Origin: Phoronis australis
Taxonomy: Eukaryota > Animalia > Phoronida
Direction of reading: 5' to 3'
DNA: 64,000 nucleotides
Assembly: GCA_002633005.1 (NCBI GenBank)
Contig: NMRA01000188.1
Coordinates: 356,921-420,920 of the forward strand
Below the pieces are notes generated by a model. That model was not told the DNA's origin. It saw only the letters and a program-made list of their open reading frames with translations, and searched no databases. Positions 50,807-63,835 of the stretch are shown piece after piece. The position numbers and the translations under genes are program-made. Position 1 is the first letter of the stretch, and the number at the start of each line of letters is the position of its first letter.

Positions 50807-53800
50807 TTACGTAGCTCACCTTCAAATGAGAAGTTATTAAGTTGACGTAGTCCTGGGATTGAATGGTGAACACCCTTTGCATTCCTGAGGCTGCAAACGT
50901 ATACCTTTGTCCTTGGGCATGGCTTACAACCTGGATACTGCCACATACAAACGTGACATACGGTGCTTTGGACAGACGATCGTTTGTGCTAATAGGCTGG
51001 CCAGTTCCTTTGTCTCTCACACTCCCATTCGTGACAGATTGCCAATCAACTCCCATTCTTCCAATTGACCTAATGCTCTGACACTTTTCAGGTATTTGAC
51101 AATATCTTTGTTGTAAGTAACCACAGCGGCTCGCTGGCTTTGCCATTGTCTTTCAGAGCGTGACCTATTTTCGTAAACCTCATTCGGTTTCTTAGCTAAA
51201 TGTCAGTAACGCGATATTTCGCTGAACGAACGCTGGAAGCAATTCTGGTTATCTTGAATAAAATTTAATATGATTTTTTATTACGATTTACTTCCAATTT
51301 GGATCATATTTTCATATTTTCTGCTTTGCAGCCCTCTATTGGTGGCAATATGAAACAGGTGAAAGTGGTGAAACTGCCTTCGCTCAAGTGTAAATTCGAG
51401 ATTTAAAAAGGTGCTGTTCACGAAAATAACGATACGTTGTCAAAGACGAGAGCTGTTAGCTATCACAGAACTCATGTGTGGGTGGTGTGCGTTTTTGCGC
51501 GCTTGAATTGCATAGGCCTCTATATAGGTCTAAATTGGTAGCTGGTTTTGGCCGTGGAGACAAGGCATTCAAAAGTACCTTAAAAATATCAAAATACATC
51601 ATTCTGAATTATTTTTGGCATTCTCAACTACAAAAAGGATAGTTGATTATAACTCAATCAATTTCTTATTTTTAAAACGCTCGCAAAGTTATTTAATTCC
51701 CATGGAAAGATAGGGCATTTTCAACAGTCGCGCACAAGGGGTTAGGCCATTTTTTCACCCGATTTAGTTATTCGTTATATATTTACAGAGTGACCTAAGA
51801 CAAAACTAAATTTTATATTTTTGTAGCTAATTCACCCCAAGTGATATATATACTATATCAAATTTAAAATTCGTGACATGTCATGTTCCCATCATAATAA
51901 TATTGCAAATTGCCAGACGTTCTCATGCAGTGACTCTTAAAAGATTCTTTGAGTTTGTAAACCGTCAATAGTTGGTTTTATTAAGAATTTTATTGCTGCC
52001 CACATGCCATTGACAGATACATTTGTTGAACATCGGCGTCTAAACAATTTACATGTAGATTTACGACTTACGAGTACTTCAAACACTCCCGCACCCATTA
52101 TGTGACTTGGAGGTACGAAGCTAAAGGAAGCTGACCAAACCCGGAGTTCGATCATCGATTTAGGAGGAAGTGGAGCATCGTGAGACGTGAGGAACCATGA
52201 GACCATCCCCTTTTCAGTAAACCGGTTATATATTTTAACGACAGGCTGCGTTCATGTCGCTCACCTATCGGTATTCACAGATACTACGAACTGGCTTCCG
52301 TGTGTTTTTGTTCACAATTTATGTGGAGTTTATCGATTTACTGGTTGTAAAGTTTAATTTGTCTCTATACTCTTCAGTGTTTCGAGTAACAGATTTTATT
52401 AATAATGTGTTTCATATGCATATGAATAGGTCTAAAATAAGCACACATTTGATTCCGAAATTTACCCTATTTTCTTGCAGTGCATTCTTAATCGAAAGTG
52501 TTGGAGTGAGACGCTGTGAGAGACAGCACCTCAGAAAATTGGACTGAGTGTAGTTTGTGCAACTTGAGGATTGGAAACACGAGGCCTGCACTGACTATTC
52601 AGGGCGTGGACAAAATGTGTGTGATGACTGTGCACTGTGAAAAATTCGGGGACTCATGGCGAAACTGGTTTTGTTTTAATTCCAAAACAACTAGAATGTT
52701 CAAGATTTTGTACTATTTATGAGTTTTGTATATATTTGTCACTAATATTCCTTTAAATTAGTATATTTAGTTTTTTATCATGTTTTCCCAACTTCACAAA
52801 AATTTAGTCGTAAACTCATTCAAAAAACACGAATTTTGCACTGCTATTTTATATACTGCACGTGCCTCATGGTGCCCCAATTGTGGGGCAACATGAGACA
52901 GCCTCGGTCTCGTTCTCACAAACATCTTCGCAATTTTGATATCGTTTGGGTACCTTTTTAGTACGTTTTGGATCCACGCCCAAGAAGTAATAGACGTATC
53001 GTCTCGCTATAGATGTATTCAATCACTTTATACAAGGTCCATGTGTACACGATGGCGAAGCTCGAGAGTACAACAGAGTGATGACTTTTGTGTTCATTGC
53101 AAGAAAAACATCCCCGTTTGGAACATGTTACGGAGATAATGAAAAAAATAATTCCAGCGATTGTGATGAGCGATGACGTGTTTATTGTTCCGTGGCGGAG
53201 TTACGTCACGTGAACACAGGTGCAAGAAGTCAAAGAATCTTACAAAACTGTATATAGCGATTATAGTCAGTGCTCGTAAATATTTTTAAAAAAAACACGA
53301 CAGAAACTAATAACTCTTAAATTGCTTGCCCATTTCTAGTTAATATCGTTAATTGTACGTAGTCGAGACCATTTATTAAAATTACTTCGTGACGCACAAA
53401 CAAAGGTAACTAATTACACTATACGTGATCTCCCTAAGAATTACTCGTCGTGCTTAAATGCCAGTGATCGATCGTGACCGAATGCATGAAACAGTTATAA
53501 CAGCGACTCAACTAAGTTCCCTAAATCTTTTACTTCCGTTCCTTACTCATAGGTGTAATCTTTTGCTGACATGTTATTTAGCTTAATTGTAATCTGCTCT
53601 TTGCCTAATGGCATCAGCTGTGTCTTAAAAACGGGTACTTTGTCCCTATATATTTTAATTGTTATGACAATTCCACGTAGAGTTCATTATCGATTTGTAT
53701 CAAAGCTAAATAAGTAATGAAATAAAAACAGCATAAGAAAAGACAATCAACGTTTCCACAAATACGCTGTAGACTTGGGGTACTTCGTTGATTCCATGTT

Positions 53801-54208
53801 TGGGGCTATGCACGCACAACGAAACGTAATTTCTTACACTATACAATAATCTGCCAACAAATTTTACGTCTTGCTTAGGGGTCTGATTCGTCAAGACCTG
53901 AAATTTAAGTCAGAAATTTTAGTAATGCTTCGCTATTCCTGAACACAGATGTCAAAATGTGATTGTTATCAATGACATCGCATTTTAACAATAATTCATC
54001 AGACTTTTGAATCAATAATTTTGGGTCAGAGACTTTGCACTTGGCTTAACTGAGATAAATCATATTTCTTAATAAGTAGCCTGTTAAGGTTTAGTTAGGA
54101 ATTTAACACTCGATTAAAAATCACTTTTCATAACACATGGACTCAAGTCGGAGGGGCTAAGCTAGCTTATGACCCGTTATATTCCATTTGATCGTTTTTG
54201 GAAATTAA

Positions 54209-57200
54209 GTACTAATCCACGAGAGCACCAGCCATCCAGCGGCAAGGTGGGGGTCAGCCGATTTTCACCAAATTTGGCACATAGGTAGTCCTATGGGATA
54301 TATAAACAAAGGTAAAATATTTCCTCAAAATTTTACGTCTTCCCAAAGTTATAGGCTCAAACACATTTTACGGCTTCGCGGCCATGTTTTCACGATATAA
54401 AAACTGTCCAGTTTTAACTGTTTATATTTTTCCTTGAATGAAAACTATTGATTTATTATTCACTTGGCATTGTTTAGTGGTGCCTAAAGATTGTTACACA
54501 GATGTATTGAAACACGATTCCGATTTACCACCCTCATTTAGTAGTTTTACTACACTGCCCCCCGTTATGCCATTTTGAGGTTGTGTTCAGTACACTGCTG
54601 TACCAAATCTTCCCCCACAGCTATGAGAATGAAGCTTGGCCAAAATGTTGAAAAACCATGTTACTTTCATTGCATAAAATGAAAACTTTGTCAGCCAGTT
54701 TATTAGTTATACATTTTGGCACCTCAATTGTACTAAAATGAGAAATTTTCATATATCTGAGATCGATGCGTGAGCACCCTAAAATCAGATTATCCTTCAT
54801 GTTATTCGATATTTTGCAACAAGTTAGTTCCTCCTGAATGTTTTACTACTTACCACTTAGGGCTATAGTACTTCTAGATACCATACATGGCTCCATTTTG
54901 TAAAAAGCCGATTATGTCCTCCACAGTGAACAGGGTTAGACATGAACTCGACAAATGCAGGTTATTTCGATTTACAGTTGTTATACCTTGCAATTTCCTC
55001 ATGGGTATTTCTTCACACATATTCAAGTCAGATTTTCTGTTGATCAAATGTTCATGTAATGCATTGTAATATCAAATGAATGATAATTTTGGTGGCATGA
55101 CCGCAATACCGCAGAAATTTTCCTGACGAATTACCGGGTTTGCAGTTCTCTAAAAACATTCGAATGACAAGACAAACTCCACCATTGTCCATGGCAACTC
55201 GTCGCATGTTTTTCGCCCATCGGTCCTATCATTGTTTTTCTTTGTTGTGTCATTGTTGGATATAACAACACAAGTCGCATGGATATAGAACCTTGCGTAC
55301 ATCAGACCGTTGCCGATAAGTGCTCGTCATCTTTATTATAACAACGGGCAGTGCTGTAGTGGGGCGTAGACGCACGTAGGCGCAGCCAACCACCTTTTGG
55401 CATTTGAACGTAGCGCCTACGCTCAGTTACGTTCAGTTCTCAATGTAATACAGTGGGCTTTGCCGGGGCGCCTACTTACCTCTAATTTTACCACTACAGC
55501 ACTGACAACGGGAACAATGAAGATGCTAATCTATTGTTCTCTATGCGACCAGGTTTCCCGTGGATGAGCACAGAAGAGGGGTAGCAAAGTATCCACAAAC
55601 AATGACCACGCACCTTAGTAACTATTACCGCCCACACGAATCCTTTCCGAGGAACCTAAACACCAATTTTTTTATATCCGTGTATTGTGTTGTACTGCTC
55701 ATGGTACGGGTTCAGACTCCGTTGTATAAAGATTCCAATCCCCAACCCTGTAATACATGTATGTAGTTTGAGTAACATTTCTAGACAATGCAGGTTTATG
55801 GATTTATTCTCCTTTAAATGAAGAGTAAAAATCAAATTCTGCACAGGTTTTTTAAAAGTAATCACTTATTGGAAGATCACACATCTAAAAAATAAATACA
55901 ATGTTTGACAATTTTATTCGTTATCTTATTTGAAAATTGCCTACCTCACAGACAACTCATCTAAGTTGAGAATATTTCTTGTGAAAAAATATAAAATACC
56001 AATCAGAGACTTGTGTACTACAAAATATGTTTTCGTAATACAATGCAAAGATAACTGTACAGTCAAAAGTGCAAATGTTATGACTCTAATAAAAAATTGC
56101 CTTCTAGATTTTTTCAACACTCCAATTGCTACAGGACAGAGTCAACCACACAAAGCCCATAAAGTGAGGGAATTACATTTAAGGTGATGTAGTCTCACTG
56201 CGAAAAAGTGATTTTGCAATGTCGCTGACAACACTGGAAATCTCTTCTTCACAAACTTGAGGTAGCTGTATTTACCACTTCAATGTTCTAATCAAAACTA
56301 ACCACCACAAAATGAAATTGGCTTGTCGGTTCCAATTAGGCAGCATTTTTACAATGAAATGGTCATGAAAAAATACTTTTGCAACATGATTTGCGTTACA
56401 ATTGCCCTACGATTACAGTTGTACATACATACTAGACCAATAACAAAATTACCCATGGGAACCATAAAATGGTCAATTCGCCAAAAAACAAGGAGCCACT
56501 AGAGCTAATGTGTCAATACTTTTTAGTACTGCAACAAAACATCGTTTGAAGTTGACATAAACTCGCCTAAAATCACATAAAACAAATTTTGATTTAGACA
56601 TTTTACCATCATGAAATAGGTATTACATAAATTCAGATCAATTATGCATCTTCGAGGAAAAGGAACAGTAAAGTGGTCAGAAATCATCTAAATGTCATAT
56701 GGCCACACTGAGAAATCCTGTCAGACCAAAAAATCCAGTGGCTAAACAAAATGAACAATGTACCATTACCATGTGGCCCAGGATCATGATCAGTGCCTGG
56801 ACAAAAAAATTCAGTCCAGGTAAATTTTAGATTTGTGCTGTTCACACAAGCAGTTCTGGAGCAAACAAAGCTTGCGACAACACACAAGCCTACTTCCCTA
56901 CACAGCTGTGCTGACACAATAATGCCCCCTCTGGATTTAGCAGATGAGCCGGCTGTTTCCTTCCTTTGAATTTTTACAATGCTACATCCTTGACAATCGC
57001 AGATTGACTCTTTCAATGCATACTCCACTTCCTCTGTCCCAGTTTCCCCACATTTGCTGAGAGAGGCCTATCTCAACAAATTACTTTGGACCTGTTGTGG
57101 TATAAGCCAGTAATCTTTGGCAAATACTTTTTCCCCGACTCCTTCCTCAAGTTACAAATTCTCTTTGACATATCTTCTGGGAGTAGACTTTTCGACCTCT

Positions 57201-59121
57201 CTCTAGCCCCCTCACTTAGTTGTCCAGAAGGGCACCTTCTTGCTGGTTTTGAACTTTTCCATACCCAACCTTTACTAATAATCGGCAGGTCTCCAACTTC
57301 AGCAGAAGCCACTTCTTCAGCATAACCCTTTCCTGATTCCTAAAATTGTACTAATGAAAAAATTAAACATATTAAATTTAATGTGGCCATTTCGGCTCAG
57401 AAAATATGAATACCAAGCTAAAGTGAATCCATCACAAATAAATTATTCAGATTTGATTATAAAAATTTTCAAAATGAAAAAGGTATAGAACAGACGTATG
57501 TCACATTACATGTAGAAAATATTGAGACCGATTTAAATTATCAGCACTACCTATGTGTCAGCGTTCATTGTGAAATGAATGAGTTGTGCATTACCGGTAT
57601 ATTTCTCTTCATAACATTAAAACATAAAACAATTGACCGATGTAATATTTTTGAGAAATACACCAAGCATGTTTAATTAACTTCATAATCGCAGAAATTC
57701 ATTGGCAGACATAACTTACTCCCTAGTCTCTAAAAGTAGTTCATGGGCAGAAGTCATGTTACACATTTGGTGGTTGTTATGAAAAGTTATGATGACTACC
57801 TATGTTCTATGTCAATTTATATATGTAGATGCATAAACATCAACACATTTGAATAAGATATGATTAAGCAATAAGGCCCAAGTTATAAGCAATCACGGTG
57901 TGTCAATAAAAGTACTTTTGCATGAATGACGTGCTTCTAAAAATATTCCTCAGGGTCAGACCCTGGAGTTTGGTGATTCCTACCTGAGCTCACACGAAGC
58001 AGGATGTTGAACCTTTGGTCATTTTTCAGACCTCTATCAGATTTCTCCTCTAGTGTGCAGTGGATGTACTCGGTGTCTTTGGCGACGCCAATATATCTCG
58101 AGGGTTGCAACGATGATTCGGGCAAGTGAATCTACTACGGTAGATTATGTAGCTCCTGCTGCCCACCTGCCTCCGAGGCAGACACTGAGACAGAGTACTT
58201 CTCAGAAGGACACGTTTCACCTCCCCTTACTCTTATAAGGTGCTCAAATGTCTCGCTCTATTCCTTGTGCATTTCCCAAGAGTTTCCAAAGTTGTTTCTC
58301 TCCGTGGTAGAAATACCACATTCGATGCCACTGACAGTGCCAGATAAATAGATAAATTCGCAAACCCGCACTTTAGATCAGCCATCATTCAACTAACGCA
58401 TTTTAAGCTTCAGTTTGGTATTCAGACGAGTTGGATGAATAAATTTAGTATAATTTCATATTTTAGTGGGAAATGCTAGTGCCCTTAGAGTTAATTAAAA
58501 ACATTTAAGCAAACCAATTCTTTTAATTGTATTATACCACGGCATTTTAATGCGTAGAAACGGCGCACAACTGGTTTAACATGACAAATACACATACGCC
58601 GGTCTGAAAATAGTGAAATTCAGACACCTATTACCAAGCCTGCCTGAAGGGCTGACAAAGTTTTATTGTATTAATTTCAAGGGCATGGAGTCTTCTACAT
58701 GTCCATGTTATTATTTTTAGTTTTCTTTTAGTTTTCACAAGAATGAAATGTACCTCCACGGAAACAGTTCCAGTGCTACCATGGTAACCGATATTTCAGT
58801 GTCGGTGCCGTTTTTACTGACATTCGTCATGAACCTATCATGTGATATCAAAATTGTTCAGAATCGATTCTGTTTAAAGCAGCAACTGGAGTAGAAAATT
58901 TGGTCAAAAATGACTCATTCCACATCAAGAAATTGCCTCATTTTGCCCCCCAGAACACTGCACTTGTATCTCCTAAACCACCAAACTTTGTGATGTCATA
59001 CTTCACCCAATTTCTCTCATCCCTAATGTGATTTATCAGACTAAACATGGATCTGAATGGCTGACCCCCCACTTTGCCGCTTGTTGACTGTACAGTTGTC
59101 TGTGGATCCGTGGACTGATAC
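54209..59121 (-). mobile_element. Second TTAA-flanked Sola3-like element, decayed
   Basis: TTAA at 54205-54208 and 59122-59125. Imperfect TIR GTA...TCCACG...GCGGCAA.GTGGGGGTCAGCC. Remnants CPNHR/ATLEIYW...HPLH (near 58100) and KGWVWKSSK (near 57270) resemble those in 43652-51936. Confidence 0.6.
55349..55504. mobile_element. hAT MITE
   Basis: Perfect 14-bp TIR CAGTGCTGTAGTGG and 8-bp TSD ACAACGGG. A reverse fragment lies at about 6150-6199. Confidence 0.9.
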
Positions 59122-60919
59122 TTAAATTCGCTTTAATAATATCCAGTGCAGGGCTCGACTCTTAACGTCTTCAAAACTATGTAATTCACTTCACATTTAC
59201 ATCAAACAAGTGCCTTTTGAGAAAAATCAATAACTTAATGTTCATAAATTAACAAGAATGCATAATGTCGGCAGTAGGTAAGATCACTGCATGAATAAAT
59301 AAAGTAAAATTTGTTCCTGAACTCACAATAGAACAAATTCTACACGTGGGAGTATTCCTCACGGTTCCCGCGGGCGTTGTTAACAAATTCTTTTTCCCAT
59401 TATACAATTGCTTTTTATGAGCTGTAACTACTTTCTCATGTACCACAATTCCAGTCTTTCGAACCCATTTCTCTACTCATGAACGGCAACTAATTGTAAT
59501 AGCAACTCAAAGGTCATGAACCTGTAGCATAGCTTAGTTAAGATGTTTGTGTACGTTTGCTGATTTCTCAAAAAACCAACGGTAAATTAGCTTCGATATT
59601 TGTAAATAAACAATCTCAACTTGATTTTAGCAGTCTTACTAATTTTGGATGGATCTTGTATTACAGGTTTTGTCGAGGGGCTAATAAAGCAGCCGCGGTG
59701 CAAAGATTTATAACTATACATCTTGGATGGACGTGGGTAAAATGTGAGCAAAAGAAAATCTTGCAATAAGTTAATGCCATAACAAGCCAGGCTCTTCCTC
59801 GATTAATTTAACTTGGTTACCACCGCAAAAAGAATGTCGGTAGTACGTTTCGGCTTTCCATATTCTAAAAGCTCAGCAATTATGAAATAAACAACTCTTT
59901 AGTTGTAAAAATCAGTGAATCCATAAGGGATTTGAATCGTGTTTTTCGTGTTTTATTGGTGCAAAGCGATAAGGCCGGCTGATGATAAACTTGCTCGATT
60001 GATCGCAAGCGTGACATACGTGACAACAGTCTTGATCCGTAGACGTAATTGGATTTAACTTAATTCTAGCAGCTTCGCGGGCATCTATCGTCTAGTAAGT
60101 GTCAGGTAAAACTGAACGTAATGTTATCAAAGGTACCTAGACAATTGAAGTTGAGGTAAAGTACGTAGTTTTGGTGGCATGACGTTGTTATGTAGGACCC
60201 TACAAAATCTCCACCAAATTTGGTAGACTTCGGAACGCCTTGTCCCAGAAACGGCTGAGTGATTGGACTGTTCTACAAAACGCCGCTAAGAATTGTCTTG
60301 AAAATGTTATTGATACAGTTGTTTTGCTATGCATGTACCTAAGTTTCTGTTTTGCTAAAGTCTACTAAAAACATGGCCGTGAGACCTAGTTAATGGCAGT
60401 CTAAAGTACAAAACAGCGCATAAAGTATAGTATCAGAAAGTTTTATATGAATTCGAAGGGCTATCAAACACCCTTTCATTATTTCTATAAAAGTTAACTA
60501 AATAAAACGAAAATGAAATGATCCAAAAATTGTAACCAAACGAATTTTGGTCATATTGTTGATTCTAGTGTTTTGCTGTGAACGTACCTTTCTTTTTTGC
60601 TAAAATGACATGGTCACGTGACCCAATTAATGTAAGATAGGTATTAAAACAAAAATCAAATTCTACAGGTTTTCTACTTTCAGAACACATATTCGTTTAT
60701 TGAGTTGAAATGCATTGTTGTGTACAAATTTGTCTAGGTACATTGTACACATACTTAATGTTGATAATGTCCTACATTAATAGGCTATTGAGGTTGGTCT
60801 GTCAGAATGCAGGACCGGCAGCGGCCTTTTAATTAACTGAGCAGTTAATAACAGTTAGTGTCTAAATTAATGCTGGCATGACTCGAAACGTTATTTTGAG
60901 TTACCCCATGCCGGCATGT

Positions 60920-61936
60920 TTACGAATATATTCTAAACTTGCTAAGTCTTCTAAGTAACAAGCGCAGCTGTTGGCGGAAAATTTCACATCGCCAGTTGTA
61001 AATAAAGAAGTTGATGAAACTGCCACATATTGCTATCCAATAAACTATGAATAAGCTGACTCTCACGAGGGAGCTGTACTCCTTGTGTGGGTCGTAGCCA
61101 CCTTCCAGTATCACGTGTATTACCAACACTGGAGTATAACACACTATAAATCCGCCGATGAGCAGAGCACTAGTAACAAAGTGTTTCAGTTTTTGTCGAC
61201 TGCACATCAACTCGTGTTTTATAACCTCCTCCGAATACGCCAGCGTTGATGGGATGGTGCCACGAATGGCCCGTCGGTGACGAGTGACAATTTTGCGCAC
61301 TTTCCAGAAGCACACTAACATGATTATCAGTGGAATGCCTATTGCTGTCGAAGTCCCTGTTACTTGAGTGGTATTACCGGATTGATAAGACGAAGCGCAT
61401 GATTTCACGGGTGACACATAGATGTAAGTTCTCCATCCTGTGGGTGGCTGGATACAACCCAACGCTATTAAGACAAATTGAACAAATATCAAACCAATTT
61501 GTTTTCTTTTTGTCATGTAGATTATGTAACGAAGACCCTTTGTTATTCTGAAGTATCGGTCCAGAGTGATCATGGCAAGAGTTGTAATGGATATGAAGAA
61601 CGCCAAAGTTTTCACTGTGCCGATGAATGTACACAATGCGTCGCCGTGCGGCCATATTCCGTAGTAGGCTGGTTCCACTGACGTGAAAGAAACTAAACCG
61701 ATGACTAAATCGGTACAACTTATCTCCAACATGAAGATACCGCCAAGTGCTTGGAGGTTGCTGACTGAATAAATAATGATATTTAACAGATTGACAACAG
61801 TACAGACTAAACTGATGCTGGCAATGACAATGACGTAAGGCCATCCGAACTGCTGGTCGCAAGGACAAACTGCCTTTCGGGCTGTGTCTTGGATAAGCGA
61901 GAAATTTAACTGCTCATTCTCAGCGTCCATCGACAT
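60920..61936 (-). CDS. Intronless rhodopsin-like (class A) GPCR, orphan
   Basis: Seven hydrophobic segments, TM2 Asp, WPHG..LC, LDRYF, CYTP and NFFIY. First ATG at 61936 (338 aa). Confidence 0.92.
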   Translation of the reverse strand: MSMDAENEQLNFSLIQDTARKAVCPCDQQFGWPYVIVIASISLVCTVVNLLNIIIYSVSNLQALGGIFMLEISCTDLVIGLVSFTSVEPAYYGIWPHGDALCTFIGTVKTLAFFISITTLAMITLDRYFRITKGLRYIIYMTKRKQIGLIFVQFVLIALGCIQPPTGWRTYIYVSPVKSCASSYQSGNTTQVTGTSTAIGIPLIIMLVCFWKVRKIVTRHRRAIRGTIPSTLAYSEEVIKHELMCSRQKLKHFVTSALLIGGFIVCYTPVLVIHVILEGGYDPHKEYSSLVRVSLFIVYWIAICGSFINFFIYNWRCEIFRQQLRLLLRRLSKFRIYS

Positions 61937-63759
61937 CGCGTCATCAACCAATGTCTAATGCCTGCCAGGGACTAGTGTTTGAATCCTTTGCTTCAGTCTA
62001 CCACGCACCTTCTGGTCACGTCAATACTGGCGGTTTCGCATAATTTATACGTAAACTGCAAGATGTGATTGACGTCAATGTATGATTGACGGTTTGGATT
62101 CAGCCCTGAATTGACGGTTGGTTGCTTGAACATTCAGAGACACGTCATGACAAGGCTTATGGACTTCTCTTGCACGTAAACACGTAGTGGTTTACTCAAA
62201 ATGCTTTGGAAATTTTTGCTGGCACTTAAGGAAGTGTACTGCTGTACATGGAAAATGGCCTATGAGGGACCTTCCTGGTCGATACGGCTCTCGTGGCTGT
62301 GGTTTGCAATAAGATTATGCAGTACTTTATCGACAAGACTGTACACTGAGAAAAATATCTAAAAAACTAAAGATTGTAACTCAGCAAAAGTATAATATAT
62401 TTTCTGAAAACAGAAATTCCGTAGAATCTGATTTTTGACTTAATATCAATTTGCCATTAATTAGGTCACAGTCACATGACCATGCTTTTTAGTAAAATTT
62501 AGTAAAAACAGAGGTACATTCAAAGAAAAATAACATGACCAATAAGATGACCAAATCTCGTACGATGTAAATGTTCAAGAGTACAATATCAATAACGCTG
62601 TTACAGTTTTATTCAAATTTAAGCTTTCCACAAAAATCATATTTGAAGCCCTAATTTGATAGCCCCTGGAGCAAAACTGTAACACTTTAAAAAACCATTC
62701 CTGTCAGCATTTTGGAGAATAGGGCATAAAGCATGATATCTGAAAGTTTTGTGTGAATCAGACCAGCCATTTCTGAGATACTGTGTTCCGAAGCTGGACA
62801 AAATTGGACATTTTGAATGACCTTCTCTGGTTGACCGGTATGTATAGTATTGCGCCGGTCGATGAGTGAGCCCAAAATGTTGAAATCAAACACCTCGGAA
62901 GCCCGTATAGATCTGTCATATCGACCACAATATTAATGGGATAGATTAGTTCTGCGAAATTCACTCCCTATTCATTAAATGTTCAAGAACATGAAAACTT
63001 TGGGTCAGCATTGAGCAGAGGAAAGTGGCGAAGGGGCTCAATTAGCTCGAGGCACCAAGAGAGGGGAGCTTCGCCAGACCACCAAAAATAAACAGTGAAT
63101 GTGACTTAAAGTTTCCTTTGCACTATCCGCCCCCCTCCCCACAGGCGGGTTTGAAGTGATGGCACTGGCTTAACCACGAGGGGTACAAAGTCCATCTCCC
63201 GCTCTGAACATTTCAATTTTGTGTTTCAAAGTAGCCATCTGTTCTATGCAAGATATCCTCGCACCGGTTGCGGACAATTTCGCCCCCCCCCCCCTCCTCT
63301 CCCGTTGCCAGTGCCTAATTTGGGCTACGCCTGTGGACGAAGGAGTAAGGAGCGCAGCTCACCTCTTCCGGACTCGAGCAGAGATTCTTTTTTAGAGCGT
63401 GCGCGAACACAATTCGTTTGAAAACTGTGGTTGTGACCCGTTGCGACATTCTTGACCCACCAGTGCCTTCGGACACTACTGTTCTCCTCTGCCGTCAGAT
63501 TCGCTCGCGTGGTCGTAAATTAACCGCCTTTGAACAAGTCGTCTGTCTTCTCAGGGAAGTCATAGGCCATGTAAATGTTTACAGGTCGTTTTAGTGTAGA
63601 AACGTTGCCCCTAACGCCGTGAGTGGGGAGACGAAAAAATGTCCATGTGCCTTTCAATTCATAAGCTTACGTTCTTTGAAATTTGCAATGTTTTTGAGGA
63701 AACGCACACCAAATAGCGAGATTTTTATTAACTTCTAAGTTTTTACATTTTCCTGTACT

Positions 63760-63835
63760 CATGGGCGACGCAGCACTGAAAAAAGTGGGGGCTATAGCCC
63801 CCTCAATCACCTAGGCCTATGGGGTGCCGTCCATG
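63760..63835. mobile_element. 76-bp MITE
   Basis: CATGGGCGACGC...GTGCCGTCCATG with a 5-bp TSD GTACT. Confidence 0.65.

Larger units (their letters stand above)
43652..51936 (-). mobile_element. TTAA-flanked Sola3-like DNA transposon (internally deleted, intron-containing transposase) hosting the TatD LTR element
   Basis: TTAA on both sides, GAG termini, TIR GAGTCACTGCRTGAGAA...GGGAACATGACATGTCACG. Transposase pieces VCPKHR, SIPGLRQLNNFSFE, VYGIGDG, CPKDGCNNTF and GWALK...FNEGMKTGQK. The empty site lies near 35008. The superfamily name is inferred from the TTAA target and GAG ends. Confidence 0.7.
37652..53240 (+). repeat. Second unit of a tandem segmental duplication, paralogous to about 9466-37010
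   Basis: Colinear blocks: 37652-41365 with 9466-14235; 41975-42290 with 24570-24675 plus 28178-28365; 42300-42790 with 32665-33130; 51937-53240 with 35010-37010. Confidence 0.9.

Noticed and set aside
60920-61936. Opsin or biogenic amine receptor
   Set aside because: There is no TM7 retinal-binding Lys and no TM3 Asp.
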